64,000 nucleotides of DNA from Oopsacas minuta. Its lineage: Eukaryota; Animalia; Porifera. The position numbers and the translations under genes were made by a program. The notes beneath the pieces are model-generated. The model was given only the letters and a program-made list of their open reading frames with translations, was not told the origin of the DNA and ran no database searches. Positions 1 through 13,344 of the stretch are shown one piece after another (within the stretch, counting starts at the first letter, position 1; each line of letters begins with the position of its first letter). The stretch is from the NCBI GenBank assembly GCA_024704765.1, contig JAKMXF010000359.1, positions 69,381-133,380 of the forward strand, in the 5' to 3' direction.

Positions 1-973
1 TAACGACCTCAGCTCTCAAGAAAGTGGTGCGAGAACGGATTCGGCGGAACCCACACCGTTCGATGAGGAAAATGGCCTTGGAGCTCAATATATCTCGCCG
101 AGCAATACAAAAGGTTGTCAAAAGGGACCTAGGAATGCGCTCTTTTAAACGCAAAAAGGTACAATTCCTATCTGGGTCGGTGAAAGAAAAGAGAGTGTCC
201 CGGAGCAAGAGCCTACTTGCTCTACACGCTATTGGAGTTCTCGAAAATACCATTTTCTCAGATGAGAAAATTTTCACCATTGAAGAGGCTACAAATAGCC
301 AAAACGACAGAGTCATCTCGACCTCAGTTTCAGCGATCCCTGATAAGTTCAGATATATCAGTCGGATGAAGAAACCACTGTCGGTGATGGTTTGGGCTGG
401 GGTCTCTGCTGTTGGTCGGACACCACTGATTTTCATCCCCCCAGGAGTGAAAATCAATGCCAAAACATACCAAGAGCTTGTATTAGAGCCTGTGGTAAAA
501 GGTCTGAGCCAGACCATGTTTTCTGGACAGCAATTTGTCTTCCAACAAGATGGTGCTCCCGCCCATACGGCCAATACGACCCATGATTGGATGAAGCACA
601 ATATTCCCAATTTTATACATAAGGATGAATGGCCACCATACAGTCCCGATTTAAATTCCATGGACTATTCTGTATGGTCTATCTTGGAAAACAAGGCTTG
701 TTCTGTGTCACACAACACAGTTAGCTCTCTAAAGATTTCCTTGTGTCAAGAATGGGAGAAGATACCCCAAGAAACTCTGCGTGCCGCAGTAGAAGGATTC
801 CCGAACAGACTCAGGGCTGTCATTTCCAAAAAGGGTGGTTATATTGAATAAATGACTAGGCAATCTCTTCCTAATAGTATGTATTGATTATATATAGAGA
901 ATCAATAATGTAGGTCATGCTGAATAAATATTATAGACAAAATGGTTTGTATCAGAACTTTGGAGCCACCCTG
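1..973 (+). mobile_element. Tc1/mariner DD37D (maT-type) element A, 5' end outside window; transposase ORF 24-851
   Basis: ORF motifs FSDEK, QQDGAPAH, SPDLNSMDY with 37 residues between 2nd and 3rd Asp; right TIR ...cagaactttggagccaccctg followed by TA (974-975). Confidence 0.93.
24..851 (+). CDS. DD37D transposase (N-terminally truncated by window edge), catalytic domain open
   Basis: 275-aa ORF with HTH remnant (RSMRKMALEL) and intact D-D37-D triad. Confidence 0.85.
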   Translation: MVRERIRRNPHRSMRKMALELNISRRAIQKVVKRDLGMRSFKRKKVQFLSGSVKEKRVSRSKSLLALHAIGVLENTIFSDEKIFTIEEATNSQNDRVISTSVSAIPDKFRYISRMKKPLSVMVWAGVSAVGRTPLIFIPPGVKINAKTYQELVLEPVVKGLSQTMFSGQQFVFQQDGAPAHTANTTHDWMKHNIPNFIHKDEWPPYSPDLNSMDYSVWSILENKACSVSHNTVSSLKISLCQEWEKIPQETLRAAVEGFPNRLRAVISKKGGYIE

Positions 974-1839
974 TAAATTTATCCCTAAGTTATCATCTGA
1001 TCTAAAGAGGGTCATAAAATGGGCACAAAACCGAAAATACTTGGCTATGTGACCATTTTATGACAGGGGAGGAGGAAACTTTGCTCGGGTAGAGCTTCGG
1101 TCCTGGCTACGCCTATGCATAAAATATGATGTCACCATTGTTGAAAATCTGTGACAAAGCTTATTGGATTCAGCGTGCTTCAAACTATAGATTTCAACTA
1201 AGAAACAAAATGATCATGAAAATCCCTGCAAGTCATTATTTCAACATCAGGCCCTCTACTATATATCCACACATAACCTGAACTAAAAACAAAGATAAGT
1301 TGGAGAATTAACCACTGCGGAATATTTTTCGACAAATCCTGAAAATGCCTTCCGATAAGCAGACTGGTGTCCTATTATCATCACTATTCGTTCATTCATA
1401 ACTATTGAGTTATAACAAAGGACTTTTGATACATGCGAATACTGTTGCCAGGAAAATTCGTCAAACATGCTTCAATTAATGTTAACTACCTTTGAGGCAC
1501 ATAGGGGTACCGTGTCACATCGATTCAGAACCACTGGTCAAGTGACATTCCATGTTAATAAATCAATAATATGTTCAGGGTTTTTGGGCAAAAGGCTATA
1601 GCAGTACGCCGCCCCATTTTGGCAAATTAACAGCTAGGTATATTTCAAATAAGGCTTGGTAAAGGTCTTACATAATAAGGTCAGTTGAGGACAGGTCTGA
1701 AGATTAATCAGGTCCATTTCAGGTCAATTCCAGGTCATTTTTTGGAATGGGGATTCCATACACTTAGGGATGGATGGATATACGTACTTCCAGTTTTACT
1801 TAGCACTTATTATGACGAGATACTATTCCATTGAAGATA

Positions 1840-4027
1840 CAGTCTACGCCGCTTAATCGAGTCACTTTGGTTCCAGAGCATTTTGCCCGGATTAAGCGGA
1901 GAACCCAATTAACCGAAAATGTACAATATATAGATGGGTAAATGTCTAAAATTATGGCAAAGGAATCCCTACAGTGGTAGTACTATGGTCTAATCTAGTA
2001 CAACTAGTATCGATATGTAAATTAGTTTGGGAAGAACACATCAAGTGCAGTCTGCTTCTTGCTTGATAACACTCTATTGAAAATCTCCTCTGCACATATA
2101 TCCAGCGCTGCATTTTGGACTTCAGAGACCCCTGCTCTAAGTACCGTTGCAGGGTTTGAATGCACTGTCGGGCAACTTGATTTGTAATAATCGGTTGAAC
2201 AAACTCATCATCAACGTCATCATCTTCTGGATAGTCATCTAAACATATCCTCTTGCTAACAATTTAGTTTATAATTTCCTCATCAAAGTTTTGGGCTTCT
2301 TCAAACAGGGTATATGGGTGTCGATAATCAAGTAATGCTCACCGTTCAAGACTCCTGTTAAGGCTAGTTCTTCTCCCATCAAAATTGGTTATCTCCAGAT
2401 TCCCCACTAGAAGAGGTTTGTGTCCTAAAGCAGTTGCTTATTGTCTCGGATTTCACCTTCCGCCAGCTCCTGGCAACGAAGTAGATTGCATCTAGGAGCG
2501 AGATCCTCGAGTTTATGTCAATTGCTGAGGCTGATGAGCTGACTAGACTGTAATCAATACCAGCAATAGTCATCTGAACCACTTCCTGTCTGTGGAAAGA
2601 TTTCAAGTTCTTGATAACGCCTTGGTCTAGTGGCTGGATTAGCGACGTTGTATTTGCTGGTAGAATTCCAGTCGAATGTTTGTGAGCGTGTTAATGTGAG
2701 GATGGGCAGGACAATTGTCCAAGAGCAGTAAAATCCCGCAATCTTCCCTGAGTACTGGAGCCAATTTAGAAACCCATTCTTGGAATATGATCCTAGTCAT
2801 CCAGGCATTTGGTTAGAGCAGTAAGTGATTGGTAGGGTGTCCATGTTAATGTTTTTGAAACATCTTGGCTTCTTGCTCTTACTGATCATTAAAAGTTTCA
2901 GTTGTCTTTACCAGACATGTTAGCGCACAAGAGTATTGTGATACGTTCCATTGCCCTTTTGGACCACTAATCTGCTCGTATGTATAACACAAGGAACTAT
3001 CCAATGTTGCTCGATAATACAAACCAGTTTCGTCGGCGTTGTGAATGTTCTCAGGAGTATGCTCTTGCAAAAGTTGAGGTAGTACAGTTGATACCCAAAA
3101 TTCAACTCCTTCGAAATTGGCACTGGTCTTTTCACCATGTATTCGCTTGGCCTTTATCTGGTGTCTTGCTTTCCATCTAGATAGCCAGCCTTCAGTTGCC
3201 ACAAAACCTGGTTTTCCCAATCTCACTGCAAACTCAGCAGCTTTGGACCTGATTATCACACAGCTAATTCCCACTCCTTTGTCTAGAACGGATTTAAACC
3301 ATTTGTTCAAAGTTTCCTCTACTTCTGGATCCTTTCCTGATCTCTGACGTTTTCCTTGCCTCATCCTCTCCTTTTGTACAAGTATCTCTCGCAAATCCTG
3401 TTCTTGATTAAGAAGTCTCCCGATCGTGGATCTCGATATATCAAACATGTCAGAAAATACTCGACGACTTATGTTAGGTTGGAGTAATCTTATTTTGTCA
3501 AGGAGTGTGCTTTATCTGACAAAGATAGCTCTTTTCTTGACGCCATTTTCTAGTCTAGTTATAAAATAAGATACGTACTTGTAAGTAAAAAGCAGTAACG
3601 TTTCAAAACAACGAACCACCCCCAGTATATGATCTTATTCGAATTAGGAAATGAGTACATAGGTGCTAAATCTTGTTCAATCTTATCGCCATCCTACGTA
3701 CTAGCTTTTAAGTACTGTAGTTTGATATTATTCCCAAGGTATACAAGAAACTGCATTAAAAGTGAACTCAAACAAGGTTGATATTAAGTAATGTAATCAG
3801 GTGAACATAAAAAATTACCCAATTAAGCGAAAATTTGACCCAATTAAAAGAAAATTTTGACCCAATTAAATAGAAAATTTAACCCAATTATGCTAAGGTT
3901 TTGACCCGATTCACCAAATTTTGACCCGATTAACCGAAAATATTTTGTATTGGCTCTATGGGCATGATTTCGTTCCAAGAAGAAGTGACCCAATTAATCG
4001 GCTGACTCTATTAACCGGAGTCGACTG
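1840..4027 (-). mobile_element. pogo/Tigger-type element, decayed (CENP-B HTH + DDE_1 transposase pseudogene)
   Basis: ORF 2879-3448 with GKRQRSGKDPEVEETL, GFVATEGWLSRWKARH, NADETGLYY; further DDE_1 fragments 2379-2800; imperfect TIRs cagtctacgccgcttaat / attaaccggagtcgactg with TA on both sides. Confidence 0.88.
3812..3940. repeat. Subterminal tandem array (~6 x 21-22 bp, core ttgacccaattaa) of the pogo element
   Basis: Direct reading of units; the core resembles gtgacccaattaa near the right TIR. Confidence 0.75.
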
Positions 4028-6914
4028 TATATCATACTCGAATCTAGTTGACCGTATTATAGAAGTAAAATTCAAATTATTAGTTAATTAAGTGACGAGA
4101 TTAGCAAGGTAAGATTATCAGGGGAGAAAAGATACCGTAAACTCCATGCAGCCTGAAAATGAGCTGAAAATATTCTGAATAACCTGTAAATGACCTTCAA
4201 ATGAGAGGGCGTGATTTGTTCAACATGTATTTTCATGGTGTCATTTGTACTTCTTGACCTTGAGGGCTGTCCGAAAGTTTCCTTGTCGCCTACTTGCTGG
4301 TAAGTATGTGTACAACTCACTAAGAAGGTGATTGAATTGGAATTTTCTTGGATTATCTAACTAGATTACATTTAGCCGAGGATGTGAGCATTTCTATCTC
4401 ATTATTTAGATAGCAGTTGCGGATCTTTCTGTTATTATCGTTGGATCTCCGACCTGAGAGTTTGCGGGAGGTTTCTTTGACCCCCGCCCGATGCCCAGTG
4501 TTATGCCTCATTTTCATCGTGATTTTATTCGAATTTTCTGGATTATTTATCAAACTAGATTGCATGTCCGTCTTCCGGTTGCTTTTTTTGTTCTAGATCA
4601 ATATGACCTTTGGTAACTTTTGTGTAATCCAATCATTATATTTTTGTTCTCGTAATGATTAATGATTTGGAGAACCGGTTAGACATTCCGGCCAACTCTC
4701 AAGGCCTGGATCCAAACCTAATGCCATGACAATCCACAACTGACATCCAAATAATCAAAACATTTAGCTAAAGATTTTCTTAAATAGCAACAGGATATGC
4801 TCGTTGGACAAATGACAACTTCATGTTTTCGTATAAATGGCAACAAAGAAATTCGACTAAAGGACAGCGCTCCGAAAATGACCCTTATTGACTTAAAAAT
4901 GACATGAAATATCCTATATTTTCCTCATGTGACCTTCTGTAGCTCAGTTAGGGTCATGTCAGTTCTAAGTCAGGTATGATTAGGTTCAGGCTAGGTCAGG
5001 TAATGACCTGACCTTTAGACAAGACTGATACTAATTTACTGAAATATCACCAGACAATTATATAATAATTTTGCTGGCAACCGAATATACTTGGCACTAC
5101 ATGACTCGAATTCACAAAATGTCAGAAAGTTTATGAATTTATTACCCATTGTCCAATCCACAAAATCATTTTAGACCTCTTGTGGTTTCACTAGATCTAA
5201 AACTTAACTTGTGGTTAGTAATCTTGGCCATTCATGCTCTATATAACTATGGGTGGTCAGATGGGTTCTAGCGAAAGCATGAACAATTTGGAAATTTATT
5301 TAAATGCACTGGACATCCCTGGGCCGTGAATTCTAACCCTCTACAAGCGCCGGTGCCACCGGTTGGTTGGTCCGGTTTTATCCGTACTACTTTTCGGGGC
5401 TGCTAATACTGTTTCTATGGGACCTGGGATTTTAACTGGATTTATTTTGTAATGGAACTACGGTTTAACCGGACCATTTCAAAATCCTTGCCATCTGTTC
5501 TTTTATAATAAACCTGTGTGAAATTGCAGATTATTTAAATAGGAGACTGAAATTGCTTGCCAAAACAGTTTTGAAGCTGCTTCTATGTACTCATCTCCCC
5601 ATAATCTGGTAAGTACATTTTGATCTCATAACTCAGGTCATTGTGACACAATCACTAATTATACCATATGCGGTCATTTTCAAGGTTACGTCACAATTGT
5701 CTGTGTTATGACATCAAAATGTATTGTCCTGTATGGTAAATGGGTATATAAAACCTGTTTGAGGACTATTTGTCCATATAAATTCACTTGTCAAGGTATT
5801 TGTGAAAATTGAAGTGAATATGCGATCCATGGTCACTACAATAACTGTAGAACGTGACACTTTATAGTTACAAATTATTTATATTTTGTGTGAAAAATCC
5901 TTCGAACAAAATGTGTAAATTTTGGGTGTAAGGGCAATAGATATTGTTTTTGCAGTGTACTCAAATTGTGCATTATGTTTTCAAATTGCTTCGTTATCAT
6001 TGAGGTGACATAATTTCGATCTAGGGATAGTTTTTGAGTATATACTCTGCCATAGCCTACTAAAGATAATGCGTGAGCACTGAGTAATTCACTGGGCCAA
6101 GGATAAGAGGAAGTGGATATATATTGATGGGAAAATCTATTATCGACAATAATGAAAACTGATGCATTTTCACCCGAATAAATGCATCATGGGTAAGTAA
6201 GAATCCACAAATCTACATTTGTGAAAATTTTCAGATTGAAGTGATGTCCTTTGTTAGGGGAATTGGCAAATATGTATTAAAACTGCTCCATCTTTGAAAC
6301 CATGTAGGACTTCATTATTCAAATAGTAACTGATCTACACGAGTGTGAAGTGGCAGCGAAATGTATCGAGCTCACTTTAACACATTATAATTATGTGACC
6401 AGTGAAGTGAGAGAGATACAATTTGGGCTATATCAATACTAGCATAGGAAGTTTATGTCACATTAATATCAACTCATTCTGACACCTCGGTGACTAACGG
6501 TGACGTTGCAAAAAATGAAAAGTGCAGAATTTTATAATTTTGTAAAATCGAGCATACTTTAATACTATAATTATGTGACCAATGAAGTTCGAGAAATACC
6601 ATTTGGACTATATCAACATTAGCCTTTATGTCATACATTATATATATATTATATATGATCTAATAGATTAGTTTTCGTGCCTGCAATCACACTAGTGGTC
6701 AAAGAGAGATAGACCTACCACTAGTACTTTACTAGCACTTAATCATGTATACAAAATCTAGTATAAATTTATCTAAAAGATCTAACTATAGTTTGCGGTA
6801 ATTCGCTAATTGAAAATACTTAACTATTTCTTTTCATTCATTGATTATAATTGTGCTGTATCAATTTCTTATACATAACTATCAGTTATCACGCTCTCCA
6901 TTATATTTACTTTT

Positions 6915-7330
6915 GTAACAGGTTGAAAGTGACAAAAATATAAACGCAAATACAACCCCTTGTCAGTTAATGGATGCACATTGTGTCTGTCATTGGATCC
7001 ATAGGCTGAAATTGTTCCAACAACCATCTATATCTTTAATTAGGAAATGTCCGTTATGAGGAGTTGGGCTGCTAGAAACAGTTTAAGATCAGTTCATTCA
7101 CCACCCTACTCGAGCCATAATAACTACCGATATATAATAATCTGTTGTAGGAGAATTATGCTAAGGAAGCAAATCATAATGTGATGTGCTATAGTTTGTA
7201 CATTGGGTTCGATATTTATTTTTCACATTTGTTATTAACAACTCTCTAATCTATTTGTGAAAATGATCTGAACCCTTAATAATGTATGATAATGAACTAA
7301 AGAGACAATTTCTATAAGGATAAATTCGTT
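6915..7330 (-). pseudogene. OTU-like cysteine protease domain relic
   Basis: Minus-strand reading IYPYRNCLFSSLSYIIKGSDHFH*IRELLI ... YFCHFQPV; PYRNC is two base changes from PDGNC; His-loop HFQPV. Confidence 0.6.
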
Positions 7331-7558
7331 TTTCCTTTGTTGGAGCAAACTTACCCACTATGTTAAGTTGTATCAAAAGCTCCATTTTCATAAATCACTC
7401 CACTTACATATGTAAACATGAATCCTTTGCAGTTTCATATTTACCAATCAAATCAACAGGTATAAATTATCTATGATCATAAAATACAACATCTTCTGAT
7501 GATTGATCCCTAATAGAATCCTCGCTAGTATATCATGTGGAATAGTCTCTGATATATA

Positions 7559-8470
7559 CTCTAAGTGGACAAAAGTATTTCAACACACATATATATTGTC
7601 ATAAATTGTACACTCTTTCCCGCTCCTATAAATTGTGTAGTCCATATTCGTAGCTGCTATCTAGTAATTTGTATAGAATAACATATGTTTTTCAAGAATT
7701 TCAAAAATAGTTTTGATTTACACTTTTTGAAGGTGTTAATTATCAATAATTATTAGATAATTATTGATAATCAAAATATGTGGTAATTCAAAGCCTATTA
7801 AGAATCTATAATTTCTGACTTGATATTTGAATTTACATAGGCGAGTTACCCCAGATTGAAATTTCCAATCGATTGAACAATTTTTACCAAAGTTCTAGAA
7901 GACGTTCAATTAGTCCCACCTGTGCCACTTTTTTCACAAAGTGGCACAGGTGGCAGGAAAAGCGCCACTACAAGGAAATCAACTAGGGTTAGGAGGAATA
8001 AGTCGAAGTAATATTTTCGAATGATATGACTATGCTAACCCTTGAATTCCAAAATAACCTCTTGGTAGCGGCCACTTGTGCCACCTTGGGCAAAAGATGG
8101 CAAAAATGACATAAATTGAAATTCATCTATAGCTCTGGTAAAAATTGTTCAATCCGATTGGAAATTTCAATCTGGGGTAACTCGCTTATGTAGAATTCAA
8201 ATATCAAGTCAGAAATTATAGATTCTTAATAGGCTTTGAATTACCACATATTTTGATTATCAATAATTATCTAATAATTATGAATAATTAACACCTTCAA
8301 AAAGTGTAAATCGAAAATATCTTTTTGAAATTCTTGAAAAACATATGTTATTCTATACAAATTACTAGATTGCAGCTACGAATATAGACTACACAATATA
8401 TAGGAGCGGGAAAGAGTATATAATTTATGACAATATATTTGTGTGTTGAAATACTTTTGTCCACTTAGAG
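7559..8470. mobile_element. Foldback MITE, ~340-bp TIRs, TA TSD
   Basis: Ends TA|ctctaagtggacaaaag ... cttttgtccacttagag|TA; arms 7559-~7895 and ~8130-8470 are near-perfect reverse complements. Confidence 0.92.
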
Positions 8471-8476
8471 TATCTA

Positions 8477-9776
8477 CAGGGTGGCCAATAAATTCTGGCA
8501 CATAACTTTATATCGTGCCAAAATCTTTCATGATTTTGATTGATTGACGTTACTGGTTTGTATATATTCTGTTATCTCTCGCAATATTTATTGAAAAATA
8601 CACTATTTGAAAACCGGGAACAAATTCTCAGCTATGGAGAAATAACGGTCGGCATTGTTGAATTATTTCAAAAAGGGAAAAACAAAGGAAATAATTAAAC
8701 TTTTAAAAATTCCACAGACACCCCGGTTTCATAATCCGTACGATAAAACGCTTCAATGACACTGGTGGCGTGATGGACAGAGCCAGAACTAGTCGCTCGG
8801 TCTCCATCACGACTGTAGAGATGCGAAAGGTAGTGTGGAGTCAAGTGTGGCGAAATCCTCCGCGATTATCAGAAAAATGGCTAAAGAACTGAAAATATCC
8901 CCTGGATCTCTTCAAATTATTGTCAAGAGAGACTTAGGGCTATCTCCGTTTAAGAAAAGGAAAGTCCATTTCCTTTCAGACAAAATAAAGACAAAGAGCC
9001 TCTCAAGAAGCAAAGTCCTCCATACACGATTCGCAGCCCAGGGACTGGTCAAGTCCTTTTCTCCGATGAAAAACTTTTCACCGTTGAACAAGCATTCAAT
9101 CGTCAAAACGATAGAATATTATTTAAAAGCACTTCTACTATCCCTGATGAGTACAGGTACGTCAAAAGAGTCCAGAAACCATTCTCGTTAATGGTTTGGC
9201 CTGGAGTATCTTCTGTTGGCTGGACAACACTGGTTTTCGTCCCTTCAGGGGTCAAAATCAATGCTGCAACGTATAAGGAGCTCATTTTACAGCCCATTGT
9301 GAAAGATCTTGGTGGGATGATGTTTGAAAACCAGCCGGTCATATTCCAACAAGACGGTACTCCTGCCCATACAGCAAACAGTACTCAGGAATGGCTTTAG
9401 GTAAATATTCCTGACTTTATCTCAAAGGTAGAATGGCCGCTGTCTAGCCCAGACCTCAACCCTCTAGATTTCTCAGTGTGGTCCATTGTAGGGTCAAGTG
9501 CTTGCTCGAAGTCCCATAACAGTATTGAGTCTCTAAAGCCATCTCTGACGAGAGAATGGGAAAAAATCCCACAGGAGATGCTGCGTACCGCAGTGTGGGC
9601 AGCCTCCGGGCGTCTGAGGGCTGTTATCAAAAAGAAAAGCGGATACATAGAATAGAGATTGTGCACAATAAAACTCATAATGCCTAACTACTCATTCTAA
9701 AATATCAACTCAATATAATGAACATTGGTTAAATTATAATAGTTTTTCTATGTGCCAGAACTTATTGGCCACCCTG
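8477..9776 (+). mobile_element. DD37D (maT-type) element B, complete length, pseudogenised
   Basis: TIRs cagggtggccaataa(a/g)ttctggcacata, TA TSD; frameshifted fragments 8835-9191 and 9191-9400; QQDGTPAH...SPDLNPLD. Confidence 0.92.
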
Positions 9777-10173
9777 TATTTTGCACCAAATACTTTCTTG
9801 TTTTCCCTTATTTTTAAACACCCTTTTCTTTCTTCTCGCTCTTGTTTCATTATTATTAGTCTTAGACAATTGGGATTTGTTGAAATAACTCCACCTTTCC
9901 TTCGTCTTTCCAAAATTTCTTATATCTGTGTGCTATCACCTTCCCTGTCTATTTTGGTTCTCTTTAGCACTCTACTGCTAACAGGTGTAAAGGCAAAATC
10001 AAATGCTTCAATTTGACTAGAGATTCCTTCATATATTCTCCTAAAAATGTCACCAGGTCACTATTTAGTTACATTTGTTAATATATTGTATTTAACAATT
10101 TTGACGCAATTTTCTACAATTGAATTGTTAAGATTAATTCTGACTTTACTTGGGAATAGAGTGGGGCCAATAA

Positions 10174-11542
10174 CACTGATATACAAAACTGTGAAAAGTT
10201 TTTGATTATTAATAAAATTAGGTGAAATTGAAGAATTTGAAGGGATTGCTTATGAATATTTACAACAGTTCTAGAATTTGGAGTTTTTTGGTTGGAAGAT
10301 TGTACCAATATGCGATTAAATATATGAAATTAAACATACAGTTATGTTTATTACCTATTAAATCATATTAACATTAACTATCACTAGGGCACTACGCTTC
10401 CTTGCGCTACGCGGATTCTAACACTTCGTGTCCGTACTCGGCCTTCGGCCCTCGCTTTGACTATTAATTCATGTGAGATTCGAAATCAGCGTCCCGATTA
10501 CCCCACAATAACCGTTGAAACCACGTTTCCAGGATTATTTTGAAATTTGTTTGCTTTTAGTTTACTTAATATTCATATAAACAACTAAAATTTGTATGAC
10601 AAATCCATAAATGTGATTCGGATTCAGCATATTCGCTAACCTTTAGTCAAGTTTATGAAATTTGTATATTTTCTTGATTAACACCATAGACATATAGATA
10701 CAAACATTATTGCAAATACGAATTCCACACTCCATTTCAGCTTCCTTAGTAACGGACAAACGGACGGACAGACAGACAGACAAACAGATAGCAGCGACAA
10801 TGATAGTATCTCCATTACTATCATTGTCACTGCAAATGTCCAATAATTCCAATGGAACTGGTACAGGTAGGTCCTCTGAATGTGGAACTGGCCTAATGGC
10901 GGACGGTACGTCTGGTTACGCAATAGTGGATTTATTCTTTATTGTGATACCATCAATTTTCGTCATACAGAAATGACAATCCGAAAGAAGACACATTGGT
11001 TCTCTCCATATCATTGGAACCTCAAACGGGATTATATTTCTCTTCCCAGCATACCACAAGCGTCTTTCAGGCATTGTGTGGAGCCCACGTCTTATCTTGA
11101 TCCCCAAGATGGCATCCAAAATAAGCGAAATAACAGCTTTCTACAGCCTTTATGATTTTGTCATTGGTTAGTTGTAGTATACCTCCCACAAATATAACAA
11201 AACTTTTCGGAGAATCTTTGCAAACCAGAGAAGCCATAAACAATAAAATGAACGAAATATACTAAATTTCGAGTGGAATAAAACAGATTATAACTATTAT
11301 TAGAGGCAATTTAGATCATGTAAGCAATAAAACCAAATAAATTGGATCTTGATGTGTAGAATTGAATTGAGAAATATTTTTAACCATGTGATCAGTTAAA
11401 AGATCGACATAACTAAAATAAAAATTTCTTACTTTTAGTACCCTTGAGAATGAAAAACACATAGATAATAATTCCCAAGATATATCTACACTATGCAAAA
11501 ACAATAGAGAAAGAAGATCATCAAAAATGTTGTATATCAGTG
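10174..11542 (-). mobile_element. Non-autonomous Chapaev3-type (CMC) derivative, copy 1
   Basis: TIR cactgatataca/tgtatatcagtg, TAA TSD (10171-73, 11543-45); internal fragment GDQDKTWAPH...PMIWREP..DCHFC homologous to the transposase N-terminus at 48300-48570. Confidence 0.85.
10377..10810 (-). mobile_element. Helentron/DINE-like non-autonomous passenger inside the Chapaev derivative (also ~41525-41955)
   Basis: (GACA/GGAC)n microsatellite 10750-10790, ggcc-ttc-ggcc stem-loop 10439-10450, short actatca/tgatagt terminal inversions; related diverged copy ~20040-20470. Confidence 0.4.
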
Positions 11543-13344
11543 TAATCAGCCCGGTATTTCAAGGACATATTGGCATATAGTAAGTTGCTAAATCCACAAG
11601 CAGATTCGGTTAGTAATATCTGCTGTTTTCATCCAGGGTGCTCTCTGCTTTCGGGATTGTAAATTTCGTACAAAGGAATCACTCTTCTGTAGTATGTCAT
11701 CATAAAGACTTCCGAATGGAAATATTTTTCTATATGTCATGCTATCTCATAGTTCGTTAGATAATTCCTTGTCTATTTCAGATCAATAGTCTACCACTAG
11801 TTCATAATTTTTCATCAATATTAGAAATTGCATTCTAAAGATGCTTGATACATTGGTCAATTTCAGTGAATTTCATCGAGATAAACATGATATACATAAA
11901 TGTGAATAATTTGTCCACTTCTTCTAGGGTTGTGTTACTTATATTTCAGGCCATTGTAAACATTTTTACTCGTTTAGTCTCTTTACACATATGAATAACG
12001 GTTTTTATTTCCAAGATGCCAATTTCTGTCTCGTTGACTCTTTGCCAACAAGTATCTAAGTACATATCCAGCGTGCTTGTATCAAGGCATGTACATACAG
12101 TGTGTAACATTGCCCAACTAAAATCTTCCTCAAGATGTGAAAGAGTTATAACTCTATTTAATACTTGTTTTATATTATAGAGCCATTTACTAAGGAAATC
12201 AGCAATTTCAACATTAGTATGTGCACTGCTTATCATCTCAGCAAGGGGGATAGGAGAAGTTTTAGCATCAGGATGACTCACTGTTAAAGCATAATACAAG
12301 TTTATTTTGTGAATTTGTAAATCTTTGTAACTATTGAGCGAGTTGGATCTAAATGCAAGATCAAATTTCCATGTTGAACATTACTCGGGTTGGAACAAAG
12401 CAGGTGTGAATTGTTGGAAATTAATAATAATTGGTAATTTCATGGTAGGTATATGAGTTTCATCAGAAATTGGAAATATGGTGAATTTGTGATGATTTCT
12501 AGTTTGTTTCTTGCGGCATACGTACATTATTTTTGCACGTTAACGAGCACGATTTCTACTTAATATAGATTTAGATAATTTACCCCAAATGAATTCGAGT
12601 AACGCCAATTCTGGTTCTCATTTATGCTTCTTTCAATATCACACGATTTGAGCTCCAATGCACATAATGCATTCACAATTTAAGATACTATATCAGTATT
12701 GCCATCAAGTAGATATGCAAGGAATACAATTCAGATCGAAAATACAAAATCTCAACCTTCAGAATTACTTACCTAGAGTTGTTTGTCCAGTGGGTTCTTC
12801 AATATCGCCACATTGCATTGAAAATGAAGTCATATATTGATTCAAGAGAGATATGAAATAAATACAAAATTATAAATGAGTTAACAAAGGATAATTTGTT
12901 ATTATTGTATGATTATTGAAACTATATGTATGAAAAACAATAGTTCAAGTAATACAGTATTACGTAGCAAAATATCATCGAGTATACTATATAAGACTTC
13001 ACAATATTATGCTAAAATACGTAAATTATTACCTACGATAACACAATAAGTGCTACTTTCAGTATTATATTACTCCCCGATTAAAAGTTGTGATTTAAAT
13101 CGAAGGATGTAAGATTGTATGAGTGCGGGTCATGCAATGACTTCTTGATAAATTTCGACTCTTCCAAATGAATTTCCCGTTTTTTACAACGTCGCCGTTA
13201 GTCACCGAGGTGTCAGAATGAGTTGTATAAATATGATATAAACCTCCTAGGTTAGTAATGTTATGGTCCAAATGGTATCTCTCTGACGTCACTGGTCACT
13301 TAATTATAACACGTGTAAAGTGTGCTCGATGTATTTCGCTGCTA

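Larger units (their letters stand above)
9780..12400 (-). pseudogene. MULE-NOF-like transposase pseudogene (split by Chapaev-derived insertion 10174-11542)
   Basis: ORF 11946-12299 plus adjacent frames; reading continues across the restored empty site gggctgaTTAttggcccc (…GLIIGPTLF…NSIVENCVKIVKYNIL…PGDIFRRIYEGI). Family assignment is from motif recall. Confidence 0.65.

Noticed and set aside
3812-3940. Repeat array as CRISPR-like
   Set aside because: There are no unique spacers, the context is eukaryotic, and it lies within a transposon subterminal region.
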